The notes below the pieces were generated by a model that was not told the origin of the DNA, ran no database searches, and saw only the letters and a program-made list of their open reading frames with translations. This document shows positions 1 to 8,896 of a DNA stretch of 35,120 nt, one piece after another. The position numbers were made by a program, and so were the translations under genes. The DNA comes from a virus (lineage: Duplodnaviria > Heunggongvirae > Uroviricota > Caudoviricetes): IMG/VR virus record IMGVR_UViG_2778261168_000003. One strand, 5' to 3'. The stretch's first letter is position 1, and each line of letters starts with the position of its first letter.

Positions 1-1017
1 TCACACTTCTAGCGTTGCGAGGGGGTTGAATCTCAGAGCCGTCTCAAGATGATCGGGTGCTAAATGGGCATAGCGCATAGTCATTTTTATATCGTGATGT
101 CCGAGGATTTTTTGCAAAGCAAGGATATTTCCACCCGACATCATGAAGTGCGCCGCAAACGTATGGCGCAGAACGTGTGTCAGTTGACCGCGAGGGAGCA
201 CGATAGACGTTTTTTCCATCACGGATAAAAATTGAAAATAGCAGTCTGTAAAGAAATTGAACCCATCAAGCGCCATGATCTCTTCGTAAAGCTCTTTACT
301 GATAGGGATGCTTCTGTTTTTCTTCCCCTTCGTTCTTACAAAGGTAATTCGGTATTTGGTCACTTGCGAGCGGGTAAGATTTATTGCTTCTCGCCAGCGT
401 GCGCCTGTGCTTAGGCATATCTTGACTACCAGTGCCAGAATTGGGTCCTGACGTTTGCAATCAGCCAGCAGTTCAACAATCTGCTCATGGGTAAGCCATG
501 CCATCTCTTTTTCTGCGATGGTGAATTTTCGCATGTTCTCCAGTGGGTTCGGATACGACCATTCGCCCAGGCGGGATAGTTCGCTAAAAACACTACTTAG
601 ATAGCTTTGCTCCAGGTTAATGGTGACCGGGCTTGCTCCTTTCTTCCATTTCTCGCTGAAGTAGATCTCACCTGTCAGGCGTTTATCTCGATAGTGGGCA
701 AACATTTTAGAGGTTAGATCAGTTGCAAGGGGATTGCCCAGAGCGTCAACCATCAACAGCAGTTTGTCATAGACATGCTGCCCAGCTGTCAGAGATTTAC
801 CATGTAGTTTGAACCATAGCTCAATCACGTCTTTCAATGTCCGACGATCCACTGATTCGCCCAGCCAGGGCTTTGCTTCGGTTTCTTCCATCGTGTGACG
901 CTCAAAAGCCAGAGCTTCGCCTTTGGTGGCGAATTGTTTACGCACACGACGTCCACTACGTCCGGCGGGGTAACATTCGCAAAGCCATTTTCCTGTGGTG
1001 AGTTTTCGTACTGCCAT
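1..1017 (-). CDS. int: Tyrosine integrase (P2 Int-like)
   Basis: Minus-strand ORF; C-terminal region carries tyrosine-recombinase motifs (ARWRE, HVLRHTFA, LGHHDIKMTMRYAHL). Start chosen at the Met of MAVRKLTTGKW (338 aa), not the upstream in-frame extension to 1095. Stop codon at positions 1-3. Confidence 0.85.
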   Translation of the reverse strand: MAVRKLTTGKWLCECYPAGRSGRRVRKQFATKGEALAFERHTMEETEAKPWLGESVDRRTLKDVIELWFKLHGKSLTAGQHVYDKLLLMVDALGNPLATDLTSKMFAHYRDKRLTGEIYFSEKWKKGASPVTINLEQSYLSSVFSELSRLGEWSYPNPLENMRKFTIAEKEMAWLTHEQIVELLADCKRQDPILALVVKICLSTGARWREAINLTRSQVTKYRITFVRTKGKKNRSIPISKELYEEIMALDGFNFFTDCYFQFLSVMEKTSIVLPRGQLTHVLRHTFAAHFMMSGGNILALQKILGHHDIKMTMRYAHLAPDHLETALRFNPLATLEV

Positions 1018-1203
1018 AAAAAATGCCCTCCAGTAGAGAGCATTTTTACTGTATGTATAACCAGTGTCAATGTATGAAATCCTGCGACCATACATCTCAC
1101 TGAAGCCATAATGAAGTTAGCTATTTTTTGCTATGTGAGTATGTGACTTTTGCGGTTAGCCTGCGGCTCATTGTTATATTAGGCGCAGATATAAAAGCAA
1201 AAT

Positions 1204-1395
1204 TTATCGCGAGTTTTTAGTACAGATTTTTTTTGATTTACTAATAGTTCCATCATTGCAAACGAACTTTCCATCGGAGGTACAGTGAGAGACACCTCCC
1301 TTTTTCCCAGAACAAGGATAATTTTTAGCATAGGTAGTTAGTGGGTTTAATAACAAAGAGCATGATAAAACCACAAAAAATACCTTACCAAGCAT
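1204..1395 (-). CDS. Small secreted Cys-containing protein (moron candidate), unknown function
   Basis: 63-aa ORF with hydrophobic N-terminal signal-like segment ([23 protein letters not shown]) and several Cys in the mature part; lies in a very AT-rich stretch between int and cI. Confidence 0.35.
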   Translation of the reverse strand: MLGKVFFVVLSCSLLLNPLTTYAKNYPCSGKKGGVSHCTSDGKFVCNDGTISKSKKICTKNSR

Positions 1396-1410
1396 AGTTT
1401 CCTCCCGGTA

Positions 1411-1986
1411 TTACCTAACGTACTTAATTGTTAAACTTATAATTTTCCCAATTATTTCAACATCTTCTATCTTGCACTCGAAGGCTCTGTTTCCACCCTC
1501 GACGAAGATTCTTCCACCGGGTAAACGAGTAATGTCACGGATCGTTATTTCGCCATCAATACTTATTACCCATTTACCATCACGTATATCATCAAATTCC
1601 TTATCACAAATAAATTCAGAATTATTATCTGTGATTACAAAAAGATTCTTGAATGCCGACGGTAGAAATTCTCTATCGAAAATATAAAAACCGTCTTCAC
1701 ACAAGGCCCCATCAGATAATACATATTTAGCAACTTCCATAGTATTTGTATTACCTGAAGTTTGCTTTGAACCATGCCCGGTTGTGAGCCAATTAAGCGA
1801 GGTGCCTGTTTCAAGGGCGCACTGGATTACCCATTCTGCTGGGAATGAGTCACGCATGTAGCGTGTGGCGAGTGTACTTTTAGAGATTCCTAAATGATCG
1901 CACAACGCCTGTCGAGTCTTGAATCCATAAGCTTCTACCATGCGCTCTATAGCGCCTCGTCCGCCTTTCTCCAAATTCATGGTCAC
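1411..1986 (-). CDS. cI: Immunity repressor, 186 CI-like
   Basis: 191-aa minus-strand ORF upstream of and co-oriented with int; N-terminal HTH-like segment (LCDHLGISKSTLATRY); divergent from the apl/cII early operon as in phage 186. Confidence 0.75.
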   Translation of the reverse strand: MTMNLEKGGRGAIERMVEAYGFKTRQALCDHLGISKSTLATRYMRDSFPAEWVIQCALETGTSLNWLTTGHGSKQTSGNTNTMEVAKYVLSDGALCEDGFYIFDREFLPSAFKNLFVITDNNSEFICDKEFDDIRDGKWVISIDGEITIRDITRLPGGRIFVEGGNRAFECKIEDVEIIGKIISLTIKYVR

Positions 1987-2004
1987 TCCAAGTGAACTTT
2001 TATC

Positions 2005-2033
2005 TTGACGATTTCACTGTGCGATCGTATGTT
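2005..2033 (+). promoter_or_regulatory. Candidate sigma70 early lytic promoter (pR-like) in the cI/apl switch region
   Basis: TTGACG (2005-2010), 17-nt spacer, TATGTT (2028-2033), upstream of apl; near-direct repeats CGATCGTAT / CGATCCGTAT nearby could be operator half-sites. Confidence 0.35.
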
Positions 2034-2105
2034 TATGGTGTTCACAAAATACAAACGATCCGTATTCGTCCTGATTAATCATCATTAAACGAGGAATGTT
2101 GCATC

Positions 2106-2327
2106 ATGAGACCTAACATTTCAATCACTCTTACCACGCCTCATGTGACTATTGAACGCTATAGCGAGCTGACAGGGCTATCCATCGATACCATCAATGA
2201 CATGTTGGCTGATGGACGCCTTATCCGTCACCGTCTGCGCAAAGATAAAAAACGCGAAAAAGTGATGATCAACATAGCAGCAATGACCGTTGATGCGCTT
2301 TCAGAATGCAATCTAAACCTTAATTAG
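2106..2327 (+). CDS. apl: Apl/Cox-like excisionase and early transcriptional regulator
   Basis: 73-aa basic ORF, first gene of the rightward early operon directly opposite cI; position matches 186 apl / P2 cox. Confidence 0.55.
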   Translation: MRPNISITLTTPHVTIERYSELTGLSIDTINDMLADGRLIRHRLRKDKKREKVMINIAAMTVDALSECNLNLN

Positions 2328-2353
2328 TTCGATTCTGAAATACATCAGAGGCA

Positions 2354-2869
2354 TTGACCATGTTTGATTACCAAGTTTCCAAACATCCACATTTTGATGA
2401 AGCCTGTCGTGCATTCGCATTGCGCCACAACCTGGTGCAACTGGCAGAACGTGCTGGCATGAATGTGCAGATTCTGCGGAACAAGTTGAACCCAGCTCAA
2501 CCTCATTTATTAACCGCACCAGAAATCTGGCTGCTTACCGATCTGACTGAAGATTCAACGCTGGTAGATGGTTTTCTGGCTCAGATTCACTGCCTGCCAT
2601 GCGTACCGATTAATGAGGTGGCAAAAGAGAAACTGCCACATTACGTCATGAGTGCAACCGCAGAGATCGGGCGTGTTGCTGCAGGTGCGGTATCTGGCGA
2701 TGTAAAAACCAGTGCAGGTCGTCGTGATGCTATCAGCAGCATTAACTCTGTAACACGACTGATGGCGTTGGCTGCTGTTTCATTGCAGGCCCGTTTACAG
2801 GCTAACCCTGCGATGGCGAGTGCAGTTGATACCGTGACTGGCCTCGGTGCTTCATTCGGTTTGCTGTGA
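2354..2869 (+). CDS. cII: CII-like lysogeny establishment activator
   Basis: 171-aa ORF after apl; N-terminal sequence ([24 protein letters not shown]...[17 protein letters not shown]) resembles 186 CII as I recall it. Confidence 0.7.
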   Translation: MTMFDYQVSKHPHFDEACRAFALRHNLVQLAERAGMNVQILRNKLNPAQPHLLTAPEIWLLTDLTEDSTLVDGFLAQIHCLPCVPINEVAKEKLPHYVMSATAEIGRVAAGAVSGDVKTSAGRRDAISSINSVTRLMALAAVSLQARLQANPAMASAVDTVTGLGASFGLL

Positions 2870-2876
2870 GGTGCTT

Positions 2877-3077
2877 ATGCTGACGAAAGAACCATCATTT
2901 GCATCGCTGCTGGTAAAGCAAAGCCCGGCAATGCACTACGGTCACGGCTGGATCATGGGTGAGGATGGAAAACGCTGGCATCCGTGCCGTTCACAAGATG
3001 AATTGCTGGCAGAACTATCTACGAAAAAACGGGGGAACAAATGGCTATTGAAGGCGCTGCGGCGACTGTTCCATTAA
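2877..3077 (+). CDS. Small early protein (at the position of 186 fil), hypothetical
   Basis: 66-aa ORF starting at ATG 2877 with upstream GAGGTG; placed by synteny only. Confidence 0.4.
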   Translation: MLTKEPSFASLLVKQSPAMHYGHGWIMGEDGKRWHPCRSQDELLAELSTKKRGNKWLLKALRRLFH

Positions 3078-3382
3078 GACCCGGTGAACGCCTGAATGGA
3101 CTTAATCATATTGCGGAGTTAAGGGCGAAAGTTTTTGGTTTGAATATTGAGTCAGAGCTTGAGCGGTTTATTAAAGATATGCGTGATCCACGGGATCTCA
3201 ATAATGAACAAAATAAACGGGCACTGGCTGCCATATTCTTTATGGCAAAAATTCCAGCTGAACGTCATAGCATCAGCATTAATGAGCTGACCACTGACGA
3301 AAAGCGGGAGTTGATTAAAGCAATGAATCATTTTCGTGCAGTGGTGAGCTTATTTCCCAGACGGCTAACCATGCCGAATTAA
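3041..3382 (+). CDS. Early-region hypothetical protein
   Basis: 113-aa ORF in the early operon; no recognisable motif. Confidence 0.45.
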   Translation: MAIEGAAATVPLRPGERLNGLNHIAELRAKVFGLNIESELERFIKDMRDPRDLNNEQNKRALAAIFFMAKIPAERHSISINELTTDEKRELIKAMNHFRAVVSLFPRRLTMPN

Positions 3383-3449
3383 CCAACTAATGAAATTAAT
3401 GGCGTAAACCCGCCGGGCATCCCTTTATCTAAATTCAGGAGAATTGCTT

Positions 3450-3683
3450 ATGCGTAATATTGAAACCCTCACGACCAAAACCGGACCGGATGATGCAGGT
3501 CTTAATCTTTTACTTACAGAGGCTCGTCTGGAAGAACGCCGGGCAAGGGCTGAAGCAATGGCTGCTCGCCTCGATAGCCTGGCGTGTCATATCACCTCCC
3601 GCCAGCTAAACCACGTCGAAGCGGCAGAACTGCTGCGTGTGACTGCTGAAGCAATCCAGAACGAAGCGCAGGAGATCCACTGA
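3450..3683 (+). CDS. Early-region hypothetical protein
   Basis: ATG at 3450 preceded by AGGAG; 77 aa; stop overlaps the start of the next gene. Confidence 0.45.
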   Translation: MRNIETLTTKTGPDDAGLNLLLTEARLEERRARAEAMAARLDSLACHITSRQLNHVEAAELLRVTAEAIQNEAQEIH

Positions 3684-3910
3684 TGGCTGATGCAATGGAT
3701 CTTGTACAGCAGCGCGTTGAAGAAGAACGCCAGCGCCATATCCGTGCTGCCCGTGCCAAAACGCCGGGCGTGTCCCGCGTGCTTTGCGTTGAGTGTGAAG
3801 CGCCAATTCCGCCAGCACGCCGCCGTGCCATTCCTGGAGTGCAGCTTTGCATTACCTGCCAGGAAATCGCAGAGCTGAAAGGCAAACATTACAACGGAGG
3901 TGCTGTATGA
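3683..3910 (+). CDS. TraR/DksA-family C4 zinc-finger protein
   Basis: 75-aa ORF with CVEC-x17-CITC four-Cys arrangement typical of the TraR/DksA C4 zinc finger; ATGA overlap with the downstream dam start. Confidence 0.6.
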   Translation: MADAMDLVQQRVEEERQRHIRAARAKTPGVSRVLCVECEAPIPPARRRAIPGVQLCITCQEIAELKGKHYNGGAV

Positions 3911-4764
3911 GCACCATCCTGAAATGGGCGGGTAATAAAACCGCCATTATGTCCGAACTGAAAAAATACCTTCCTGCTGGCCCGCGACTGGTTGAACCTT
4001 TCGCGGGTTCTTGTGCTGTGATGATGGCGACGGATTACCCCAGCTATCTGGTTGCGGATATTAATCCTGATTTAATCAACCTCTATAAAAAGGTTGCTGC
4101 TGATTGCGAGGCGTTTATATCTCGTGCCAGAGCTTTATTTGAGGAAGCAAACAGGGAGGTGGCTTATTACAACATAAGGCAGGAGTTTAATTACTCCTCT
4201 GAAATTACTGATTTCATGAAAGCGGTATATTTCCTGTATCTCAATCGTCATGGTTACCGTGGGTTATGTCGCTATAACAAGAGCGGGCATTTCAACATTC
4301 CCTATGGGAATTATAAAAATCCGTATTTCCCTGAAAAAGAAATTCGCAAATTTGCAGAAAAAGCCCAGCGAGCAACGTTTATCTGCGCCAGCTTTGATGA
4401 AACGCTGGCGATGTTGAAGGCGGGGGATGTGGTGTATTGCGATCCGCCTTATTACGGTACGTTTTCCGGTTATCACACTGACGGCTTCACTGAAGATGAC
4501 CAGTATCACCTGGCATCCGTTCTTGAACATCGGTCATCAGAAGGACATCCGGTCATTGTTTCTAACAGTGACACATCCCTGATCCGTTCGCTGTATCGCA
4601 ATTTTACTCACCACTACATCAAGGCAAAACGCAGCATCGGCGTAGCAGCTGGTGAGAGTAAATCTGCAACAGAAATCATCGCTGTTTCTGGGGCGCGCTG
4701 CTGGGTGGGATTTGATCCTTCGCGTGGCGTGGATAGTTCTGCCGTGTACGGAGTGCGTGCATGA
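3907..4764 (+). CDS. dam: DNA adenine methyltransferase (Dam-like)
   Basis: N-terminal AdoMet motif (ILKWAGNK...EPFAGSCAV) and catalytic DPPY motif (CDPPYYGTF); GGAGG RBS 7 nt upstream of ATG 3907. Confidence 0.85.
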   Translation: MSTILKWAGNKTAIMSELKKYLPAGPRLVEPFAGSCAVMMATDYPSYLVADINPDLINLYKKVAADCEAFISRARALFEEANREVAYYNIRQEFNYSSEITDFMKAVYFLYLNRHGYRGLCRYNKSGHFNIPYGNYKNPYFPEKEIRKFAEKAQRATFICASFDETLAMLKAGDVVYCDPPYYGTFSGYHTDGFTEDDQYHLASVLEHRSSEGHPVIVSNSDTSLIRSLYRNFTHHYIKAKRSIGVAAGESKSATEIIAVSGARCWVGFDPSRGVDSSAVYGVRA

Positions 4765-7175
4765 GCCATGCTGATATGAACAACTGCAGCGGCTTTAACG
4801 AGGCCGCCGCAGCATTCTCATGGAACAGCCCGAAAAAGGCTATTAACCCTTATCTGGACCCGGCGGAAGTTGCGCCGGTTTATGCGCTTTCAAACCTGAT
4901 CACTCTGTACGCTGCCGATAACGAGCAGGAACAACTGCGCCGCGAGGCACTGAGTGATCAGGTCTGGGAGCGTTATTTCTTTAATGAATCCCGTGATCCT
5001 GTCCAGCGCGAAATGGAGCAGGATAAGCTCATTAGCCGGGCAAAGCTGGCGCATGAGCAGCAGCGTTTTAATCCAGACATGGTCATTCTGGCGGACGTCA
5101 ACGCTCAGCCTTCCCATATCAGCAAGCCGCTGATGCAACGTATTGAATACTTCAGCAGCCTGGGCAGGCCAAAGGCTTATTCCCGCTATTTGCGTGAGAC
5201 GATTAAGCCATGTCTGGAACGACTGGAGCATGTACGCGAGAGTCAGCTATCCACTTCTTTTCGCTTTATGGCAAGCCATGAAGGGCTGGACGGCCTGCTG
5301 ATCCTGCCTGAAATGAGTCAGGCTCAGGTGAAACGCCTGTCCACCCTTGTTGCTGCGCATATGAGCATGTGTCTTGATGCAGCTTGTGGCGATTTGTATG
5401 CCACCGATGACGTTAAGCCAGAAGAAATCCGCAAAACATGGGAAAAGGTGGCAGCGGAAACCCTGCGTCTGGATGTTATTCCGCCTGCGTTTGAGCAACT
5501 CCGTCGGAAAAGAAACCGCCGTAAACCCGTGCCCTATGAACTCATTCCGGGTTCGCTGGCGCGTATGTTGTGTGCCGACTGGTGGTATCGGAAATTATGG
5601 AAGATGCGTTGCGAATGGCGGGAAGAGCAGTTGCGTGCTGTCTGCCTGGTCAGCAAAAAAGCATCCCCCTATGTCAGCTATGAAGCCGTGATGCATAAAC
5701 GTGAGCAGCGCCGTAAGTCGCTGGAGTTTTTTCGTTCTCATGAACTGGTGAACGAAGACGGCGACACGCTGGATATGGAAGATGTGGTAAACGCCAGCAG
5801 CAGCAACCCTGCGCATCGCCGCAATGAGATGATGGCCTGTGTTAAAGGTCTGGAGCTTATCGCGGAAATGCGCGGTGACTGCGCCGTTTTCTACACCATC
5901 ACCTGTCCGTCACGTTTCCATTCCACGCTAAATAACGGCAGGCCCAACCCAACCTGGACAAATGCGACGGTAAGACAAAGCAGTGATTATCTGGTCGGCA
6001 TGTTTGCTGCATTTCGTAAGGCGATGCACAAAGCCGGATTGCGGTGGTATGGCGTGCGGGTGGCTGAGCCGCATCATGACGGTACAGTTCACTGGCACCT
6101 GTTGTGTTTTATGCGCAAAAAAGACCGCCGCGCCATCACTGCATTACTGCGTAAGTTTGCCATCCGTGAAGACCGCGAGGAGTTGGGCAATAACACAGGG
6201 CCGCGCTTTAAGTCTGAGTTGATTAACCCGCGCAAAGGAACGCCGACAAGCTACATCGCGAAATACATTAGTAAGAACATTGACGGGCGTGGTCTGGCTG
6301 GCGAGATCAGCAAGGAAACGGGTAAATCCCTGCGTGATAACGCTGAATACGTTAATGCCTGGGCGTCTCTGCATCGTGTTCAGCAATTCCGCTTCTTTGG
6401 CATTCCGGGGCGTCAGGCTTACCGTGAACTGCGATTACTGGCTGGTCAGGCGGCAAGGCAACAGGGGGACAAAAAAGCAGGTGCGCCGGTACTGGATAAC
6501 CCGCGCCTTGATGCAATCCTGGCTGCTGCTGATGCTGGTTGTTTTGCCACCTACATCATGAAGCAGGGCGGCGTACTGGTTCCCCGCAAATATCACCTGA
6601 TCAGAACCGCTTATGAAATCAACGAAGAGCCGACCGCCTATGGCGATCACGGCATTCGTATTTATGGCATCTGGTCACCCATTGCAGAGGGCAAGATCTG
6701 CACTCATGCAGTGAAGTGGAAAATAGTTCGTAAGGCCGTTGACGTTCAGGAGGCGGCAGCCGACCAGGGCGCTTGCGCCCCTTGGACTCGTGGCAATAAC
6801 TGTCCCCTTGCTGAAAATTTGAACCAACAAGGGAAAGACAAATCAGCTGATGGGGATACCAGAACGGACATTACCCACATGGATGACAAGGAGTTGCACG
6901 ATTACCTACACAGTATGAACAAAAAAGAGCGCCGGGAACTGGCTGCAAGGTTACGCTTGGGGAAACCGAAACGGCGTAGAGACTACAAACAGCGAATTAC
7001 AGACCATCAACGACAGCAGCTCGTCTATGAACTGAAGTCCAGAGGATTTGATGGCAGCGAGAAAGAGGTCGATTTACTCCTTCGCGGCGGCAGTATTCCG
7101 TCAGGAGCAGGCCTGCGTGTCTTCTATCGGAACCAGCGTTTGCAGGAAGATGATAAGTGGCGGAACCTGTATTAA
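4761..7175 (+). CDS. A: Rolling-circle replication initiator gpA (P2 A-like)
   Basis: 804-aa ORF; HxH-type motif ([10 protein letters not shown]) and tyrosine motif (YIAKYISK) as in P2 gpA; ATGA overlap with dam. Confidence 0.9.
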   Translation: MSHADMNNCSGFNEAAAAFSWNSPKKAINPYLDPAEVAPVYALSNLITLYAADNEQEQLRREALSDQVWERYFFNESRDPVQREMEQDKLISRAKLAHEQQRFNPDMVILADVNAQPSHISKPLMQRIEYFSSLGRPKAYSRYLRETIKPCLERLEHVRESQLSTSFRFMASHEGLDGLLILPEMSQAQVKRLSTLVAAHMSMCLDAACGDLYATDDVKPEEIRKTWEKVAAETLRLDVIPPAFEQLRRKRNRRKPVPYELIPGSLARMLCADWWYRKLWKMRCEWREEQLRAVCLVSKKASPYVSYEAVMHKREQRRKSLEFFRSHELVNEDGDTLDMEDVVNASSSNPAHRRNEMMACVKGLELIAEMRGDCAVFYTITCPSRFHSTLNNGRPNPTWTNATVRQSSDYLVGMFAAFRKAMHKAGLRWYGVRVAEPHHDGTVHWHLLCFMRKKDRRAITALLRKFAIREDREELGNNTGPRFKSELINPRKGTPTSYIAKYISKNIDGRGLAGEISKETGKSLRDNAEYVNAWASLHRVQQFRFFGIPGRQAYRELRLLAGQAARQQGDKKAGAPVLDNPRLDAILAAADAGCFATYIMKQGGVLVPRKYHLIRTAYEINEEPTAYGDHGIRIYGIWSPIAEGKICTHAVKWKIVRKAVDVQEAAADQGACAPWTRGNNCPLAENLNQQGKDKSADGDTRTDITHMDDKELHDYLHSMNKKERRELAARLRLGKPKRRRDYKQRITDHQRQQLVYELKSRGFDGSEKEVDLLLRGGSIPSGAGLRVFYRNQRLQEDDKWRNLY

Positions 7176-7267
7176 TTACGCGGGTTAACAATTCGTGCTC
7201 TTAATAATACCAGGCATATCAGGCTGATGAACGTAAAAAAACGTTTTACATCAGTAAGATTATTATA

Positions 7268-7287
7268 TACTGTAAATATAAACAGTG
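7268..7287 (+). promoter_or_regulatory. LexA (SOS) box
   Basis: TACTGTAAATATAAACAGTG: perfect CTGT-N8-ACAG with AT-rich spacer, about 40 nt upstream of the Tum-like ORF. Confidence 0.6.
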
Positions 7288-7328
7288 GTTATCTATACAG
7301 TGTTGTTTGCGGTGTCATAGGAGGAAAG

Positions 7329-7517
7329 ATGCAGGACTATTTTTTGGAGTCTTTGAAGCTCCAGCGCATTGATTTTTTTCTTAAGCTTGTAGCGGCTAGT
7401 GAGTGTAGTGATGAAGAGAAGGGGCTGGCCCTGCAGTGGGTTTCTGAATTGACTGATGAACTCATGGCAAAAATCAGAAGCCACGAATACAACCGCTCAA
7501 TGGATGTCATCAGCTGA
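7329..7517 (+). CDS. SOS-controlled small protein, candidate Tum-like antirepressor
   Basis: 62-aa ORF with AGGAGGA RBS immediately downstream of the LexA box; position (after A, before cos) matches 186 tum. Assignment is by context, not sequence recognition. Confidence 0.4.
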   Translation: MQDYFLESLKLQRIDFFLKLVAASECSDEEKGLALQWVSELTDELMAKIRSHEYNRSMDVIS

Positions 7518-7527
7518 GGTGACTTTT

Positions 7528-7761
7528 ATGCGCATTGAAATAATGATCGATAAAGAGCAGAAGATTAGCCAGTCTACCCTGGACGCCCTTGAATCCGAGC
7601 TTTACCGCAATCTGCGCCCCCTGTATCCCAAAACGGTAATCCGTATCCGTAAAGGTAGCTCTAACGGTGTGGAACTGACCGGACTGCAACTGGACGAAGA
7701 AAGAAAACAAGTGATGAAAATTATGCAGAAGGTGTGGGAAGACGACAGCTGGCTGCATTGA
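7528..7761 (+). CDS. DinI-like protein
   Basis: 77-aa ORF; MRIEIMIDK...LESELYRNL...RKIMQKVWEDDSWL resembles E. coli DinI (MRIEVTIAK...ETWESADDWF); RBS GAGGTGA. Confidence 0.7.
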   Translation: MRIEIMIDKEQKISQSTLDALESELYRNLRPLYPKTVIRIRKGSSNGVELTGLQLDEERKQVMKIMQKVWEDDSWLH

Positions 7762-7874
7762 TTTTGTCAATAGACGCTTGTTTTTACTAATCAAAAAGGG
7801 TTACATATGAGTGAGAGGCGATGTCAATCAGATATCGCCTTGTTTTTTGTCAAGAAAAGAATAATAGGCTAAAA

Positions 7875-8552
7875 ATGAAAATTAATAATGTAGCGTTACC
7901 AATATCTCTTGCTGTAATCCTAACTGGTTGCGTGCCACATGCTTCTAACCGAAATATCACTGCTATTGAAGTGGTGAAGCCTGCTATTGGGCAAAGTGCT
8001 ACCGCCTACATGGGCGATCCCATTATCACATCTGCTACTGGATTTAAAACGGACGTACTAGAACTTGGTGCGGCTAATGGTGCATTGTCTTCTATCGCTG
8101 CTGGTACATATTGCAGTGAGGGGAATGGAATTTACCGCAATTATCATAACCCTCAAGCTGTTGCGTTAAAAAATCTCTATGGGCAAATCGGTAACTATGT
8201 TGATTATGTTAGTTACGATGCTGCAAAAAATGAGATATCACCGCCAAATGGTACTTCTTATACTGCATCAGAAATTTCTATCAAACGTGTTCCTGATGGG
8301 CTGTGTCGAGTTAGTAACTCATTGGTTAAGACTATCGAATACAATGGAAATGCAGGCGGTGTAATGAAGTTCACCTATCGTGAATTTGCAAACGATATGG
8401 CTCGTGCAGCATTTACAACAGATTTTTCTGTAGATTCTAAGGGAAGTGACGTTATCGCTTACAAAGGTGCCAAGTTCAAAGTGAACAAGGCTGATAACTC
8501 GTCTATTTCTTATACAATTATTTCTGGCTTTGACAAGGCTGTCACGTTCTAG
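7875..8552 (+). CDS. Lipoprotein of unknown function (cargo gene)
   Basis: Signal peptide with lipobox (ISLAVILTGC); 225 aa; AT-rich codon usage unlike the phage core. Confidence 0.6.
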   Translation: MKINNVALPISLAVILTGCVPHASNRNITAIEVVKPAIGQSATAYMGDPIITSATGFKTDVLELGAANGALSSIAAGTYCSEGNGIYRNYHNPQAVALKNLYGQIGNYVDYVSYDAAKNEISPPNGTSYTASEISIKRVPDGLCRVSNSLVKTIEYNGNAGGVMKFTYREFANDMARAAFTTDFSVDSKGSDVIAYKGAKFKVNKADNSSISYTIISGFDKAVTF

Positions 8553-8655
8553 GTTTCACGCTTGCTGAGTATGTTACGATTTTGCACATTCTGCATAAAC
8601 GCGCATGTCTATGCTGCATGAGATCGCATGATCGTTTGAGGATCTTTTGTGTTAA

Positions 8656-8680
8656 GGCCCGCCAGTTCTGGCGGGCTTTT
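8656..8680 (+). terminator. Rho-independent terminator-like hairpin
   Basis: GCCCGCCAG-TT-CTGGCGGGC stem followed by TTTT. Confidence 0.45.
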
Positions 8681-8725
8681 GCGTAGATCATGCAGGTGCA
8701 TGAAAACCACTACATAAAGCGGGCA

Positions 8726-8744
8726 GGCGTGGCGGGGATACGAG
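8726..8744. other. Candidate cos (cohesive end) site
   Basis: GGCGTGGCGGGGATACGAGCGCGCGCT resembles the P2/186 cohesive-end sequence as recalled from memory (186 GGCGTGGCGGGGAAAGCAT; P2 GGCGAGGCGGGGAAAGCAC, followed by GCGCGCT). Confidence 0.45.
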
Positions 8745-8896
8745 CGCGCGCTAAGTCATATAAGAGTTATATATTGATTTGATTGCTGGACATGCATACA
8801 GTATCGCTCTATCATCTAATAAATCTTAGAGTATTTGACAATGTTTGGATAAAATGGAACCTAACTTATTCATAATCCGCTAAACAGGGATGTCAG

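Noticed and set aside
232-414. 60-aa plus-strand ORF
   Set aside because: Lies entirely antisense within the integrase gene; no RBS or motif; likely spurious.
1018-1095. N-terminal extension of the integrase ORF (MYGRRISYIDTG...)
   Set aside because: The integrase most plausibly starts at the internal Met of MAVRKLTTGKW, giving a P2 Int-like length of 338 aa.
3587-3889. Three overlapping minus-strand ORFs (70-100 aa)
   Set aside because: Antisense to the early operon genes in GC-rich sequence; typical spurious open frames.
7227-7328. Upstream extension of the Tum-like ORF (start at 7227)
   Set aside because: The extension would begin before and run through the LexA box and promoter; the internal ATG at 7329 has a strong AGGAGGA RBS.
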